Origin: Asterias amurensis
Lineage: Eukaryota
DNA: 64,000 nucleotides
Reading direction: 5' to 3'
Assembly: GCF_032118995.1 (NCBI RefSeq)
Contig: NC_092655.1
Span: 14,525,223 to 14,589,222, forward strand
Shown here: positions 1-12,430 of the stretch, in pieces
Position numbering within the stretch: position 1 is the stretch's first letter
Layout: every line of letters begins with the position of its first letter
Translations under genes and position numbers: made by a program
The notes under the pieces: generated by a model
Databases searched by the model: none
Seen by the model: the letters and a program-made list of their open reading frames with translations, nothing else
Told to the model about the DNA's origin: nothing

Positions 1-319
1 TTTTAGAAGGACTCCAGTCTCATCTCTCCTACCGCCAGTCTATGCGCTCTAAGAACAAACATCTTTCAGAGAAAACCCCCTGGCCAAAACATCATGGGGT
101 GAAAGATCATTTAGTTCTGCTGCCACTTCATTATAAAACAACTTGCCGGATCATACTGAACTTTCCCCATCACTAGCTTAGTTCAAAACTTCCCTCAAGA
201 CTCACCTAATGAGGACTGCATAAAAATCATGGGCTTATTACTTGGGTAAAGTTTGGGCTATCAACACACGTTGCCACCTATGGGGCTGAAACAGTGTTAC
301 CCCCTTCCCAGTGTAAAGA

Positions 320-775
320 TGTATTTAATAATAGTAATAATATTTGGTTTTTATATTGCACTTTATACACCATGTCTCAAAGCACTTCCAACTGTATTAC
401 CCTGATCACTGGGCCATTTCATTCCTTAAACCATCTCAGCTCCCTGGGGAGTATACAGCCTGAGCTGCCAAATATGTAGCGCACTATTAAGCTAAACCAA
501 CCACAAGAACCATCTCTGCCCTCACTGGTACTCGCATCTACCCCTGGGTGGAGAGAAGCAATTATAGTAAAGTGCTTTGCTCAGGGATGCAAGTGTCCTG
601 ACCGGGACTCGAACCCACACTGTCCTGACCGGGACTCGAACCCACACTGTCCTGACCGGGACTCGAACCCACACTCTGCTGAACAGAAACACCAGAGCTT
701 GAATATGGTGCTCCATCTTCTGGGCCACGACACCCCCTGCAGCCACTGTAGGAACATGGTTGGTAGAGCAGAATG
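320..775 (-). mobile_element. tRNA-derived SINE (family B), minus orientation, with an internal 27-bp x3 tandem duplication at 581-661
   Basis: Reverse complement shows a tRNA-like head (GGGGGTGTCGTGGCCCAGAAGATGGAGCACC...). The body motif gaagggcgtct.aaagcgcttcca...ccatctcagctccctgggg is shared with copies at 17395-17722, 27590-27760 and 35060-35760. The unit gtcctgaccgggactcgaacccacact is repeated three times. Confidence 0.6.
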
Positions 776-789
776 CACTACTTTCCCAA

Positions 790-1445
790 AATAAGATTTT
801 TATTACCCATTTCAGACAGGCGCACTAGAGTCACGCTGAACCAAATAGTTTAAGAGTGACTCTAGGAGCAAGTTCGAGTGTGCACAATGGTTATTTAAAG
901 GTTGACCATTTTGAGTCGAACCCAGGCTGGTCGACCATTGGTTGACTACTGTGGTCGACCATTTGGAACCAGCCACGAGCCCATGGTTTCTTCACTGGTC
1001 CCAACAACATGTTCCATTCTAACATGTGTTTTAAAAGCGCAGAGGGGAACCAGTGACACTTTAGCGAAAAGGTGGAAGGTTGACTAGACTACCAACGAGT
1101 CGTTTGGGTGAGTATGTCACTGCGCATGTGGGTTGCTAGTCTGTGGTCGACCACTGGTGGACTAAATGTGCGCACTCGAACTTGCTCTAGGTCGACCAAA
1201 ACAAATTTTGGTTTCAGACAAGTGAACTTAACATAACATAGCATTAACATCGGCTCGGCTTGGCTAAAGACAGTTGACATGATTGACATCTGAAACTGAG
1301 GTGCTCCTGAGTCAGTTCTGAACAACAGTCGATCTTTCAACTTCTAGCGCATTGTTTGAGACTTCAAACTTTTCACATACTGGTACTTAATACAGAGTTT
1401 GGAGGGACTCTTGAGCACCTGTCTAAAATGGGTGTTAAGGCCCGG
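790..1445. mobile_element. TIR-bounded non-autonomous element (family M5), ~650 bp
   Basis: The terminal sequence ccatttcagacaggcgcactagagtcacgctgaaccaaatag at the left end is inverted at the right end (gagcacctgtctaaaatgggtg). A shorter related copy lies at 39025-39345, and related fragments at 3800-4140 and 58920-59040. Confidence 0.45.
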
Positions 1446-1612
1446 TCACACAGGCCCCGATAACGAGAACGAAAACGATAACGATAAAAATGCACGCCCT
1501 CGATTGGTTGAATGGGCGTGGGCGTATTCTGCAAGGAGCAATTAAACCAATCGCGAGCAGGCATTTTTATCGCTCTCGTTTTCGGTCTCGTTATCGGGGC
1601 CTGTGTGACCGA
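1439..1612. repeat. Long inverted repeat / hairpin (~60 bp arms, ~55 bp loop)
   Basis: ggcccggtcacacaggccccgataacgagaacgaaaacgataacgataaaaatg ... catttttatcgctctcgttttcggtctcgttatcggggcctgtgtgaccgagcc are near-perfect reverse complements. Confidence 0.7.
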
Positions 1613-1711
1613 GCCTTTAGATGCTTTAAGATGTTTATTGTTTCCTGTTAATTAAAAGCGACTCATGTTTTGATTGCAGTGAGGTACAGGTAGGCAGGAG
1701 CGCATCCTTAG

Positions 1712-1817
1712 ATGACGTCATAGAGTCATTCAAGAGGAATCAGGTGGCACTCAAAGGGATTATTCACACACCCTGGGGAGGTGGTGGGGAGCTACAGACC
1801 CTCAACATGAAGATTAG
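1712..1817 (+). CDS. IDH3B: IDH3B-like exon (first one visible in the window)
   Basis: Translates to ..DVIESFKRNQVALKGIIHTPWGGGGELQTLNMKIR, similar to the RRNRVALKGNIET region of NAD-IDH beta. AG acceptor at 1710-1711, GTAACT donor at 1818. Phase joins cleanly to the next exon (AG+A=R). The upstream exons are outside the window or not identified. Confidence 0.6.
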
Positions 1818-1846
1818 GTAACTCGCATTTATTGGGAAAAATTAAA

Positions 1847-2224
1847 GACACTGGACACTATTGGTAACTGTCAAAGACCAGTCTTATCACTTGTTGTATC
1901 TCAACATATGCATCAACCTGTGATTCACAAACTTGTGAAAAGTTGAGCTCAATCGGTCATCGAAGTTGCGAGATAATAATGAAAGAAAAAACCCTTGTCA
2001 CACAAAGTTGTGCGCTTTCAGATGCTTGATCTCGAGACCTCAAATTCTAAATCTGAGGTCTCAAAATAAAATTCAGTGAAAATTACTTCTTTCTCAAAAA
2101 CTACTCCACTTCAGAGGGAGCCGTTTCTCACAATGTTTTATACTACCAACCTCTCCCCAAAACCAAGTAAGGTTTTGTGCTAATAACTGTTTTGAGTAAT
2201 TACCAATAGTGTCCACTGCCTTTA
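1847..2224. mobile_element. MITE family M1 (~375 bp, TIR GGCAGTGGACACTATTGGTAA, TTAA flanks)
   Basis: Terminal inverted repeats cactggacactattggtaa / ttaccaatagtgtccactgcc, an internal palindrome gatctcgagacctcaaattctaaatctgaggtctc, flanked by ttaa/tttaa. More than 13 copies are present in the window. Confidence 0.7.
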
Positions 2225-3353
2225 AGCCTTGCATTAGAACTATTACTCCTGAGGCCTTTTGGCCAGCCAGGGCTGTATTTTACAATATTCTACAATCCTG
2301 TTATCTTTCTCAACTCCCTGGGGAGTATTTGGACCGAGCTGCCGTGACATTCTGAAGGCTTTTTCAAGCAAAATGCCCCTGTGTGAAAAGAAACATTTTA
2401 TAGTACTTAAAGCATCCTGCTCAAGGATACAAGTGTCATGACTGGGACTCGCACCCACCTTTCGATGACTTAATCATCACAGCTTGAATTTGATGCTCTG
2501 AACTACTTTGTCTTTACATTCAAGATACTCCATAGATATGGACATGGCCTGACAACACTTTTAAATAATACATATGAAATATCCATTCTAAAGTTCTTAT
2601 TCTTGCATAGTATCAGAACTGCTTCTTCCCAAAAAGTAACCATCGTCCCATGTTCTTTGATTATTGTCTACCGCCCACCTCGAATTCAACACTGGTCCTA
2701 TTCCTACACTCGCTACAGAAAACGCACCTTCTTGGTTGCCGCACACGCTCTCTGAAACAACCTTCTCATCCACATACCGTCCACATACCACACCTTCCCT
2801 ACTACATTGTTTGATTCTGTTTTAACCCTTTCACTTTTGTGCGCATGCCATTTAAAATTTGATAAACGTAATAAGGAAGTGTTCACTCATGCAGAAAGTC
2901 TGAGGGTTGATTTGGTAGAAATTAAAAAGCTACGACATTGGTCCATCAATACTTAGTGGCAGATTTTTTGTAACTTACGACAAATCCATTTCTAAGTAGG
3001 ATTTGAAACTTTGCATGGTGGAGATAAGATATAGAAGAGTTTGCGGTAACACCATGTAATAATAATCTTTAAATGAGTTAGGGTGGTTCTGAAAAGAACC
3101 GTTGGGTTAACTCTTTAAATCCATTTCTGATATGTTTTTCTAAATGTATACGTTTTTTGTAAACACCCTGTGTACTCTTTCAACTCTATAGTGTATACTC
3201 TCTATATTCTTACCATTGCACTCATAAAAATTCATTATTTGTGTATTATTTTCATTGTATTGTGTATTTAATTCCTTTTATGTTTCAGCGCTATATAAAT
3301 GCATGCTACTAGTATTAGTATACAATTCTCATGACACCATCCTTCTTTTCTAG

Positions 3354-3486
3354 ACGAGAGCTGGATCTATTTGCCAATGTCGTAAGGTGTAATACTCTAC
3401 CTGGAATTAAGACGAGACACAGTGATCTGGACTTGGTAGTTATCCGTGAACAGACAGAAGGGGAGTACAGTGCATTGGAACATGAG
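3354..3486 (+). CDS. IDH3B: IDH3B-like exon
   Basis: (R)[43 protein letters not shown] matches the conserved NAD-IDH beta/gamma core (LDLYANV..SLPG..TRH..D..I.RENTEGEYS.LEHE). Acceptor ttttctag at 3351-3353, donor GTAACT at 3487. Confidence 0.85.
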
Positions 3487-4164
3487 GTAACTAGTTTCTT
3501 ATATAGGAAAACCCGTTTCAGACATGCGCGCCAGAGTTGAGCCAAACCAAATAAACACATTAACAAAAGTAAGTCGCCCCCAAACAATTCGTCATAACAT
3601 CGTAGGGTAAAACATTTCACAAATACAAATAATTAAGAAATAATTCTATGACATGTTTCCTAAGTGGTGTATGAAAATGAAAGACGTTCATGAATTCATG
3701 GCTGAATGAGCTCAAATGGAAGACAAAAACTGCCATTCTTAAATGTGTTGATGTGTTTAGATGAGTCCACCCAAATCAATTTTCAGAGTGGCGAACTAAA
3801 CATAGCATTTACATTGGCTCGACTCAAGACAAGCTATGAAGGCATCTCCCTTGTGGTGAACAGGTCAGGCAAACCAGCTGATGACAGAGCTGCCTGCCGC
3901 CTATGGAACGGTCTGCCTGTCACCTTCAAAAAGGGTCTAACGTCTCACCTGTTCTTCAATCTGTAGCTGGTTGTCACCATCACTTTTGTCTTTCTTATCT
4001 CCTTATAAGCGCCTTGCATCCTTTGGTAATTTGGCACTAAATAAATCCAGTATATCCAGATCAACATCTTAAACAAAGGGGCTTCAGAGTCGTTCCGATC
4101 AAATGCAACAGTCAATCTTTTGTGTCCAGTTGCTCCTTACTGATTTCAGTCGTCAAACTGTTCA

Positions 4165-4510
4165 TGAACTTTTTGTAACACAAAACACAATGTCCACAGA
4201 TGTACATTCAACCTACACCGTTTGAAGATAATGATAATGGAAAGCTACCCTTAAAATATTAGGTGCTGAGGTGCTTTAGTTTTTGAGAAATGAGTAAACA
4301 ATGTCATGAAAATACATTTTTACACGCTAAAATAATTTTTGTCTCGTGATCAGTGAGACAAAAATTATTTTCATGACATTGTTTTACTCATTTCCCCAAA
4401 ACTACAGCACCTCAGCCGGTAATTTTTTCAGGGAAGCTTCCTACTATCTTTATCTTCAAACTGTGAGTTTAGTGTAAATCTGTGGACATTGTGTTTTTGG
4501 CCGACAAAAA
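4165..4510. mobile_element. Palindromic MITE family M4 (TIR caaaacacaatgtccacagat)
   Basis: Near-perfect long inverted structure around a tgtctcgtgatcagtgagacaaaaa centre. Sister copies at 5395-5750 and 7745-8155. All three lie in consecutive IDH3B introns. Confidence 0.65.
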
Positions 4511-5188
4511 GACCCTTTAATCGGAAGTCGCACCTTTCTGAAACATAACTGGGCCCAATTTCATAAAGCCTGCAAGCACAAACACTTTCTAAGCACAGAA
4601 TTGTATTGCCTTAGCAGAAACAGATGTTACCAGCCAAAATTACATAACAGTGATCAATCAGTGAACAATTTCCCTTGAATAGCATAGCAAAATGTATCAG
4701 TTGCTACTGGAAAACCATCATTTCTATCTAGCCATATGGTGTAGTACATTCCTATAGTTGTACTGTAAGGTGCAAAGTGCGTGATCAGGAACAAGTGAAA
4801 AAAGTGCATTCAGTGTGCACAAAACAAGTTCAGTCAAAGTGTTTTGCTACGCAAAATTGACGATGAAATTGCTAGCACTCTGCCAACTGATCCTTATGTC
4901 GGCAGTCTCCTTTTTTTGTCAATTTGTTCGGGGTGCCAGTTCAGAAGCAATAGACAGATCCATTAGGCTCTGCCCACGACGCACTTGTGAGGAAGAACAC
5001 GTGGTGCTCTCCAATACCTTTCTGCACAATCTGCCGCGTGCGTCAAGCATACGCGCATGACGCATGTCGGACCTTATTTGTTGGACCTTCGTGGCAGTGT
5101 GATTGGTCAATACGCAATGGGGCGGAGCTTAATGGAGCGGTCTCCTATTCCACCTGTAACTACCACATTCCTTTCTTTTTGTTGACAG

Positions 5189-5322
5189 AGTGTTCCAGGT
5201 GTCATTGAATGTTTGAAGATAATCACAAGGGACAACTCATTGCGGATTGCTAAGTTTGCTTTCGACTATGCCACAAGAAACAATCGCCACAAAGTAACTG
5301 CGGTTCACAAGGCTAACATCAT
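5189..5322 (+). CDS. IDH3B: IDH3B-like exon
   Basis: [44 protein letters not shown](M) against beta-subunit [24 protein letters not shown]...[12 protein letters not shown]. Acceptor ttgacag, donor GTAAGT at 5323. Confidence 0.9.
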
Positions 5323-5394
5323 GTAAGTCTAACATTGTCTTCAGTACATTGGGGTATTATTCTAGAAATAGCTGTGAAGTTTAAAGGGTCTAGG

Positions 5395-5750
5395 TACTTT
5401 TTGTAGGACAAAAAACACAATGTCCACAGATTTACACTAAACTTACACAGTTTGAAGATAATGATAGTAGAAAGCTTCCCTGGAAATATTACTTGCTGAA
5501 GTGCTGTACTTTTTGAGAAATGGTTAAAACAATGTCATGAAAATAATTCATGAGACGAAAATTATTTTGAGCATGTAAAAACGTTTTATCATGACATTGT
5601 TTTACTCATTTGTCAAAAAAAAACGCACCTAAAAAAATATTTCAAAGTACCCTTTCTATTATCATTCAAACTATCATACTATCTTCAAACGGTGTAAAAA
5701 AAGTTTAATGTAAATCTGTGGACATTGTGTTTTGTATCACAAAGAGTACC
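5395..5750. mobile_element. Palindromic MITE family M4 copy
   Basis: Same TIRs (aacacaatgtccacagatttacac ... gtaaatctgtggacattgtgtt) and internal palindrome as 4165-4510. Confidence 0.65.
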
Positions 5751-6711
5751 CAAATTCTTTCAAGCCAGGTTCATACTTCCTGCGAATGCGAATGCATTTT
5801 GATGTCACAAATTCGCAATGAATAATTCGCATCAGTTGATTTGTGCTCAACCTTGCTACCATGAGCAGCGCGCTGTATCACGCTAGCTCTGCTAGCTTTT
5901 TATGACTTTTATTACACACAGCGCATCTAGCCTGTGCGCGACTAACGCCCAAATCACAACAGATCAACCACAGGACTAATTGTAATATTCCTTATATTTG
6001 GATATTTTGGAGTTACACTTCCAGGGGTTATGATCGAGCAAGGCATGCTGGGAAAAAATGGCGCAGCGAGATCGATCACCCCTGGGAACGAGGTTGATTT
6101 GTGCTCAACTCCCGTGAAACGCAGCTATGTGACGCCAAATTTTGCTTTGCATTCACATGCGCAGGAAGTATTAACCGGGCTTTACATTCAGTACATTATT
6201 CAGTACATTAGGGCATAATTCTAGAACTAGCTGTGAAAGATACACAGTCAACGTTGTCCATATCACCATTAGAATCTAGGCACATGCTTACACCATGCTA
6301 CTTTTCTGGTGTTAAACACTTCTGGGTGGTTCCGTAACCTCAAAATAACAACCATTTAGAACAACTGCGGACATAGCGTACATAGAAAGTGTGACGCTTT
6401 ACTGTGATTCCTGTACACCAACTAAAACTGTAGACAGGAGATTTATTGAGAATTTTTGAGCAAGTTTGGACAATGTTTCATTTAGACTCCCAAACAGTCG
6501 AATCAATTATAACACACAGTTGATGTCAACAGAATAGTTTTTATTTGAATTTTTGAGAAAACATTATAATCTGTTGCAAACTTGTTACCAAACCAAAATT
6601 AAAAAAGGGTCTTAGAAAAAGAGTTTAAGCAGAGTCTTTTTCCTCAGGCCACTTTTTCTTTTTCTAACACAAAAACACGATGGTTATGAAATTATTGTGT
6701 TATTTATACAG

Positions 6712-6961
6712 GAAACTCGGAGATGGTCTTTTCTTGAACAGCTGCCGTCAGATCTCAACCCTTTACCCCAAGATCCAGTTTGAGTCGATGATTGTGGATA
6801 ACTGTTGTATGCAGCTAGCGTCTAACCCCCACCAGTTTGACGTACTGGTGACCCCCAACCTGTATGGTAACATCGTGGATAATCTTGCCGCTGGCTTAGT
6901 GGGAGGAGCTGGAGTGGTACCGGGGGAGAGCTACTCAACTGAATATGCCATATTCGAGCCT
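6712..6961 (+). CDS. IDH3B: IDH3B-like exon
   Basis: (M)[83 protein letters not shown]. This is near-identical in pattern to vertebrate IDH3B (KLGDGLFL...[54 protein letters not shown]). Donor GTAGGT at 6962. Confidence 0.92.
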
Positions 6962-7609
6962 GTAGGTTGAAATAAGTAAACTTTTATTATTTATTAGTGT
7001 TTTTATATAATTCTGGTAATGAAACCAAGGATGACGATACCAATTTTAGTGGTGGGATCTAAATCCAATTTATTCCACCCAGGGCGAATGTTTAGGTATG
7101 GGGCCATCACTGCTGAAGTGCAATCTGGGGGAAATCTGTGCTGGGCAGCACTGTGTATCTTGCTCAGAGTGCTGGGCAAATTATTTTGGTTCTGGTGGCT
7201 ACTCTAAGCGAACTTTAATAATCACTGTAGTTGGTTGGCAAGCCTGAGGAAACCTGTAAACAAGGGTGCTTGCCGCGTAAACCAGAAACACCGGGGTTAA
7301 CCCCGACTCTTGATAAGTGTTTTGGGTTCTTTTACGTGCACTATCAATCCTAGTATATGGGACTCACAGCTTAATGCCCAACAGACGGACAAAGCGATTA
7401 TGGTAAAGTATCTTGCTCAAGTACACAAGTGTCATAACCCACACTCTGCTGATCAAAAAAACCAAAGCTTGAGTCCGGTGCTCTTAACTGCTCGCCCAGG
7501 ACTTGCCAAATCTTGTCTGTTGGTTGGTCCTCCCAATGTTGTAAACAAGCAATTGTGTATTTTTAAGAACCATTGGTAACTTCTATAAACATGTTGTTAT
7601 TTGGATCAG

Positions 7610-7704
7610 GGAGCCAGACATACTTTCTCAACAGCTGTTGGTCGTAACATCGCCAATCCAACTGCAATATTGCTCTGTGCTGCCAACATGCTCAAACACC
7701 TACA
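7610..7704 (+). CDS. IDH3B: IDH3B-like exon
   Basis: [31 protein letters not shown] against [31 protein letters not shown]. Acceptor cag at 7607-7609, donor GTGAGT at 7705. Confidence 0.85.
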
Positions 7705-7744
7705 GTGAGTATCAGCGTTTCATATTTTGTTTAAAGGGTTTGGG

Positions 7745-8155
7745 TACTTTTTGTTGGACACAAAACTCAATGGCCGCAGATTTAAATTGAACTTACATGG
7801 TTTGAAGATAATGATGGTAGAAAGCTTCCCTTACAACATTACTTGCTGAGGTGCTGTAGTTATTGAGAAATGAGTAAAACAATGTCACAAACATAATTTT
7901 CATCTCAGTGAGACGAAAAATGTTTTAACATGTAGAACGTATTACCCAGTTTTGGTATTTATACCAAAATACACCAAAACTTTTATATATGTTTTACATG
8001 CTAAAACTGAGACGAAAACAATTTTTGTGACACTGTTTTACTGATTTCTCAAAAAACTACATCACCAGCAAATAATATTTTAGCGTAAGCTTTCTACTAT
8101 TATTCGTTTAAAACTATTTAATTTTGATGTAAATCTGTGTAAACCAAGTAAATTA
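7745..8155. mobile_element. Palindromic MITE family M4 copy
   Basis: Ends tgttggacacaaaactcaatggccgcagatttaaa ... atgtaaatctgtg. Same family as 4165 and 5395. Confidence 0.55.
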
Positions 8156-8668
8156 AACGTCAGGCACAAGTGTTATATGAGTAAGATTTGAAACTTTGCA
8201 CGGGGGCGGGAACACACAGTAAGGGTTGCAGAAGCACCATGTACATAAATGTCTCTACAAGTTGTGGTGATTCTGAAAAAAACCGACAGTTTGACAACTT
8301 GACATTTCCATCAGTATGATTGGACCATCTTCAGGAGTGTGCTGGACTTTGTTGCTTTGTGCTGTTTAATTTATACGTGCAGGGGCCAATTTAATGGCTC
8401 TGCTTACCGAATTCTGCGCTTGCAATCACCATTCTCCACTATTAGTGTAAGCGCTGAACTTCTGCACCAAGCAAAGAATGCCTAATATTAACGTGGGGTG
8501 TGACGCGCACAATCACAAACTCCCTGCTAACCTGTGAACTACGCTTGACTTAAAGCAGGGAGTTCCCTGCTTCCATAAGTTCAGATTCTTCAAAGCCATG
8601 AAAGTTGGCACAGGAGAAGACAAAGTTGTAAACTTATTTCCCGTTTTTCCTCTCTTTGCTCCCGACAG

Positions 8669-8729
8669 TTTGGACTCATACTCAAATCTCATCAATACTG
8701 CTGTGAAATCCGTTCTGAAAGCTGGCAAG
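8669..8729 (+). CDS. IDH3B: IDH3B-like exon
   Basis: (H)LDSYSNLINTAVKSVLKAGK against beta-subunit [21 protein letters not shown]. Acceptor cccgacag, donor GTAAGA at 8730. Confidence 0.75.
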
Positions 8730-9782
8730 GTAAGAAACAAAAATGGCCTGAGTCTGTCTTTCCCTTTTCCTCTCTTTAACAAGCTCCAGCCCTCCTCTAG
8801 ATCCTTTGATTTCCCATTCATAAATATCTCAGACAGTTTCGCTATTCATATTGGTGGAGAGCGTGTCACGTTGGTGTGCATGAACCTTTGTTTATGATCA
8901 GTAAAAAGTGTTGAAAACATGGGCGTGACACACGCGCTTGCACCTGTGCTTATAAGACAGTTTCTCCATTCCTATTGGTCAAGAGCAACGGCTAAAAAAG
9001 TTGTGCAACATCACGCAATACATGCAAAGGGCACAGCATCTCCTTATAAGGAGTTGTTTACCCGAGGGCCTTACCTTTTCATAGCTGGAGGGGTGTTGTG
9101 TTGAACGAAATCATTGAACATTTATAACTTGTGCATTTATTTTACCTTTTGACCAAGAAGTGTTGATGTTTTTTTACCGAAAAGGTATTTATGAATGGGA
9201 ATCAAAGTGTGTTGAATCGGTTTTCAACTAGTGTTTTAAACCTGCCAAGGCCTGGTTCTTGATAATTTACCTCGACTTCGTCTCGTTAAAATTATCAAGT
9301 CCAGGCCAAGGCGCGGGTTTAAACCACTAATTGAAAACCTCTTCACCACACATTGACTCCCTTATTCAAAACTGTATCCTGTATTACAATCTTCATATCC
9401 CTCCTCTTTACCTTTGCCCCTTTATAGGCAGTGGACACCATTGGTAATTACTCAAATAAATTGTTAGCATACAACCTCTGGTAACAAACAATGGAGAGCT
9501 GTTAATAGTATAAAACATTGTGATAAACGACTCCCTCTGAAGTAACATAGTTTTTTTTAGAAAGAGGTATTTTCTCACTCAAATATTAAAAGACTTCAGC
9601 TGAAGCCTTTTTATTTTTACCTGAAGGCACACAAATTTATACAACAAGGGTCTTTCATAATTTTCTAGCAACTTTGATTACCAACTGAGCCCGAATGTTC
9701 ACAGGCTTGTTATTTTATGCAAATAATGGGATACACCTAGTGAGAGTACTGGTCTTGACAATTACATGTACCAAACCTGTCC

Positions 9783-9918
9783 TGGGGTCGATTTCACAAA
9801 GAGTTAGGACTAGTCCTAGGAGATATACAAATTGCATGGGTAGTCCTATTAGGACGAGTAACTGGTCCTAACTTGAGATAAGACTAGTCCTAACTCTTTG
9901 TGAAATCCACCCCAGTGC
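9783..9918. mobile_element. Short palindromic MITE (family M2, TIR GGGGTCGATTTCACAAAGAGTTAGGAC)
   Basis: ggggtcgatttcacaaagagttaggactagtcctagg ... agtcctaactctttgtgaaatccacccc. Related copies at 23183-23712 (split), 40963-41112 and 61884-62048. Confidence 0.65.
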
Positions 9919-10008
9919 CTTGAACTCTCTCCTGTCTAAGTTTTGCCACTCCCATTTGAGTCTTCCAAACCAAAGTCTATTATTTTGGTTTACCCTGACT
10001 TGGTTTTA

Positions 10009-10306
10009 CCCATAGAGTTATATATAAGAACTAGAGCACGCACTGGCCTATATACGCGCCCCGGTATGCGAGCAGGCGGCCATTTTCTAAGTTGACAAAA
10101 CGGCTATCTCACAGTGTGTGTTTGTGCGGCCATTTGTAAGTTGAACAAACAGCATCGCGTGAGCGTTCAATAAAAAAAAACTCACACGTGTATTTCATAT
10201 TCAACGCGCGTGCAGAATGACGCGCTTGTCATCTTGCGGTCCCGTGGCTTTTGTGCACGAAGCATCACTCGTGCGCCCTCTAGTTCTTATATATAACTCT
10301 ATGGTT
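10009..10306. mobile_element. MITE family M3 (30-bp TIR catagagttatatataagaactagag.gcgcac)
   Basis: Perfect TIRs at both ends. A second copy with the same TIRs lies at 33394-33673. Confidence 0.7.
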
Positions 10307-10321
10307 TTACCCTAACACCGA

Positions 10322-10460
10322 TGTGTGTGTCAGCACTGTGTACTCAGTACTTTCAAAATTTCTGTGAAAAAAAAAAATCCCAGGCATATTAGTCGGTGGT
10401 CAGGTTGGTAAGACATCTGCTCTAGATTGGCAAAGGTTGTGGGTTCGAATCCTACCCAAG
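10322..10460. mobile_element. Rearranged copy of the tRNA-like SINE family D
   Basis: The tail is in reverse orientation (cagcactgtgtactcagtactttc...tcccaggcatatt) and is followed directly by the tRNA-like head in forward orientation (gttggtaagacatctgctctagattggcaaaggttgtgggttcgaatcc). Compare the intact copies at 34222-34385 and 59337-59510. Confidence 0.5.
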
Positions 10461-10664
10461 TTGTGTGCAGTGCATTTACAAATTGTTTAAGAACAAACAT
10501 TGTTATTGTGAACACCTAGTCAAACTAGTTCCACCATAAAGTATGGTTAGTTTGCTAATTTGCCTGAGGATAAAGAAAGAAATAGCTTTAGAATTAAGTA
10601 GTTCATGTCTGATGAATCATTTATTAAAACTAACTTCCATCCATTGATTTTTCCCTGTTTGAAG

Positions 10665-10739
10665 GTTCGGACTCAGGACATCGGTGGGTACGCTTCAACC
10701 ACAGAGTTTACAAGTGCAGTCATTAACAACCTGCGATAG
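10665..10739 (+). CDS. IDH3B: IDH3B-like terminal exon, ends with a TAG stop at 10737-10739
   Basis: VRTQDIGGYASTTEFTSAVINNLR* against beta-subunit [23 protein letters not shown]. Acceptor tgtttgaag at 10662-10664. Confidence 0.85.
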   Translation, partial: VRTQDIGGYASTTEFTSAVINNLR

Positions 10740-10857
10740 GACTATCCAAGCAATGAAAACCATTGAAGCATTACAGTCAATGTAAAAGGTCAACAAACTC
10801 AGGAACTTAAAAATAGAGCCCTCATCAACACCCTGCTGCTTTGCTATTTTGTGAATT

Positions 10858-11075
10858 CTATAGACGATGTGACCTATGTTTACATTCAAACCGCCCTCTG
10901 TTGACAAAACACTATATACGTCATGTTTCGCCGGGCAAAAACACCCGTAGTCATGGTAAGATTGCATACACTTTCTAGCTGGCTGCTGAAATACAAAGGT
11001 TTTGCCCGGCGGTATGCGCGCGAATCATGTTATGATTTTCGAGTGACGTCAGAGGTCACATCGTCTATAGCCATT
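10858..11075. mobile_element. MITE family M7 (17-bp TIR TATAGACGATGTGACC)
   Basis: ctatagacgatgtgacc ... ggtcacatcgtctatag. Copies with the same TIRs at 31913-32123 and 63683-63903. Confidence 0.7.
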
Positions 11076-12430
11076 TGCCTTTGAGGTATGGTGGACACTA
11101 TACATGTAGGAGTTCATTGCTGTTTGTTTTGGGTGTGTACAGACAAGTTTACCCCAACCAAATAGTGTTATAGTAGTGTGTTAACCATATCTCAAAATGG
11201 CTTGTGGTGTAGATTGTATGTGTGCAATTGAAGTAAAAGCTTTATAATTTAAGTCTACATAGACACAATAACAACATTTGCAGTGAGACAAAAAGATATG
11301 GAAACTTGAATGAAAAATTCACCTCCACAGATGTTCAACTCGGTTTTAAGAAAAATGGGTCGCAGTTTAAAAATAATAAATGCAAGTGCATTCACTGGGT
11401 GTGACTGCTACAGTCAGTACAATTTGATTGAGGATTTTGTAGATTTTACACTTTGCTGTGTAAGAATGTAAAATTTTGCAGCTTTTTAAAGAAATAAAAA
11501 TGTTTTGGAAATCTTTTTTTTATGAAATACAACTGATTGTATGTTCTGTATAATTTATACGATGAAATGTTTTAGCGGCAATTTTACTTAGGATAATGGG
11601 GAGGCAGTCATTACAACAGTAAAAGTGTATCACAAATTTACCAAAATGTAATGATAGATGACAAAGTTCAGTTTGACTTGGCGTGTACAGGGTTCGAGTT
11701 TAGGAGAAAATCAACATGATTTCAGCAGCTCAAACCAAAATTAGAAAAAAAAACTTCCTGAATCCTGATACAGTCAGACATGAAATTAACTCAGTGTTTT
11801 TTTTTAAACAAAGCACTAAGACATGTCAGCGAAGATTGATTTCATTGGGGTGTTAAGTTTACTTCATTCTTCAACGGAGGTATTTTAAAGACTCAAGGGC
11901 AGCATTTGAACATAAATAGTTTCTGTTAAAGATATTTCACAGTTAGGTGTTGTTATTTAAAACACAAGACTGCCGGACTAGTCCGGTCATAAGTTTACTT
12001 GCTAGACACAAAAACCTCGACATGTTTTTCTAATAAGTTTGTAAGTTTTGGTTAGAATTCCAACTGAAGCTTTTTGGGGCAGGCTGTCAAAAGAAACGTC
12101 CTGGCCATTCCTTTCTTTCTTTGGCTTTCTGGCAATTTATATCACTAAATAGATATACAGTTAAACTTTCCTCTTTGTTACCTCTTACGGCTAGAGTTAT
12201 ATTTATTTAAACATAACAGTAAAGTACTTTAAAGATAAAAACAAAACTTTGATTTATTGTTTTAGTTTTCACTAAAAAGGTATTTATATTTAAACAAGTT
12301 GTTGCAATTAATAGCCACTCATGTGGAGATGAATAAATTGTTGAAAATGTTGACAGAATATAATTTGACAATCAATTTGTATTATTTATCAATCCTTGAA
12401 TATATTTGTTAGTTTTGTTCAACCATTGCC

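Noticed and set aside
3706-3966. ORF 3706-3966 (86 aa) in an IDH3B intron as a nested gene
   Set aside because: Its C-terminal part (AACRLWNGLPVTFKKGLTSHLFF) is the conserved tail motif of the dispersed ORF-like repeat family, and the N-terminal part overlaps an M5-related repeat fragment. It is repeat-derived.
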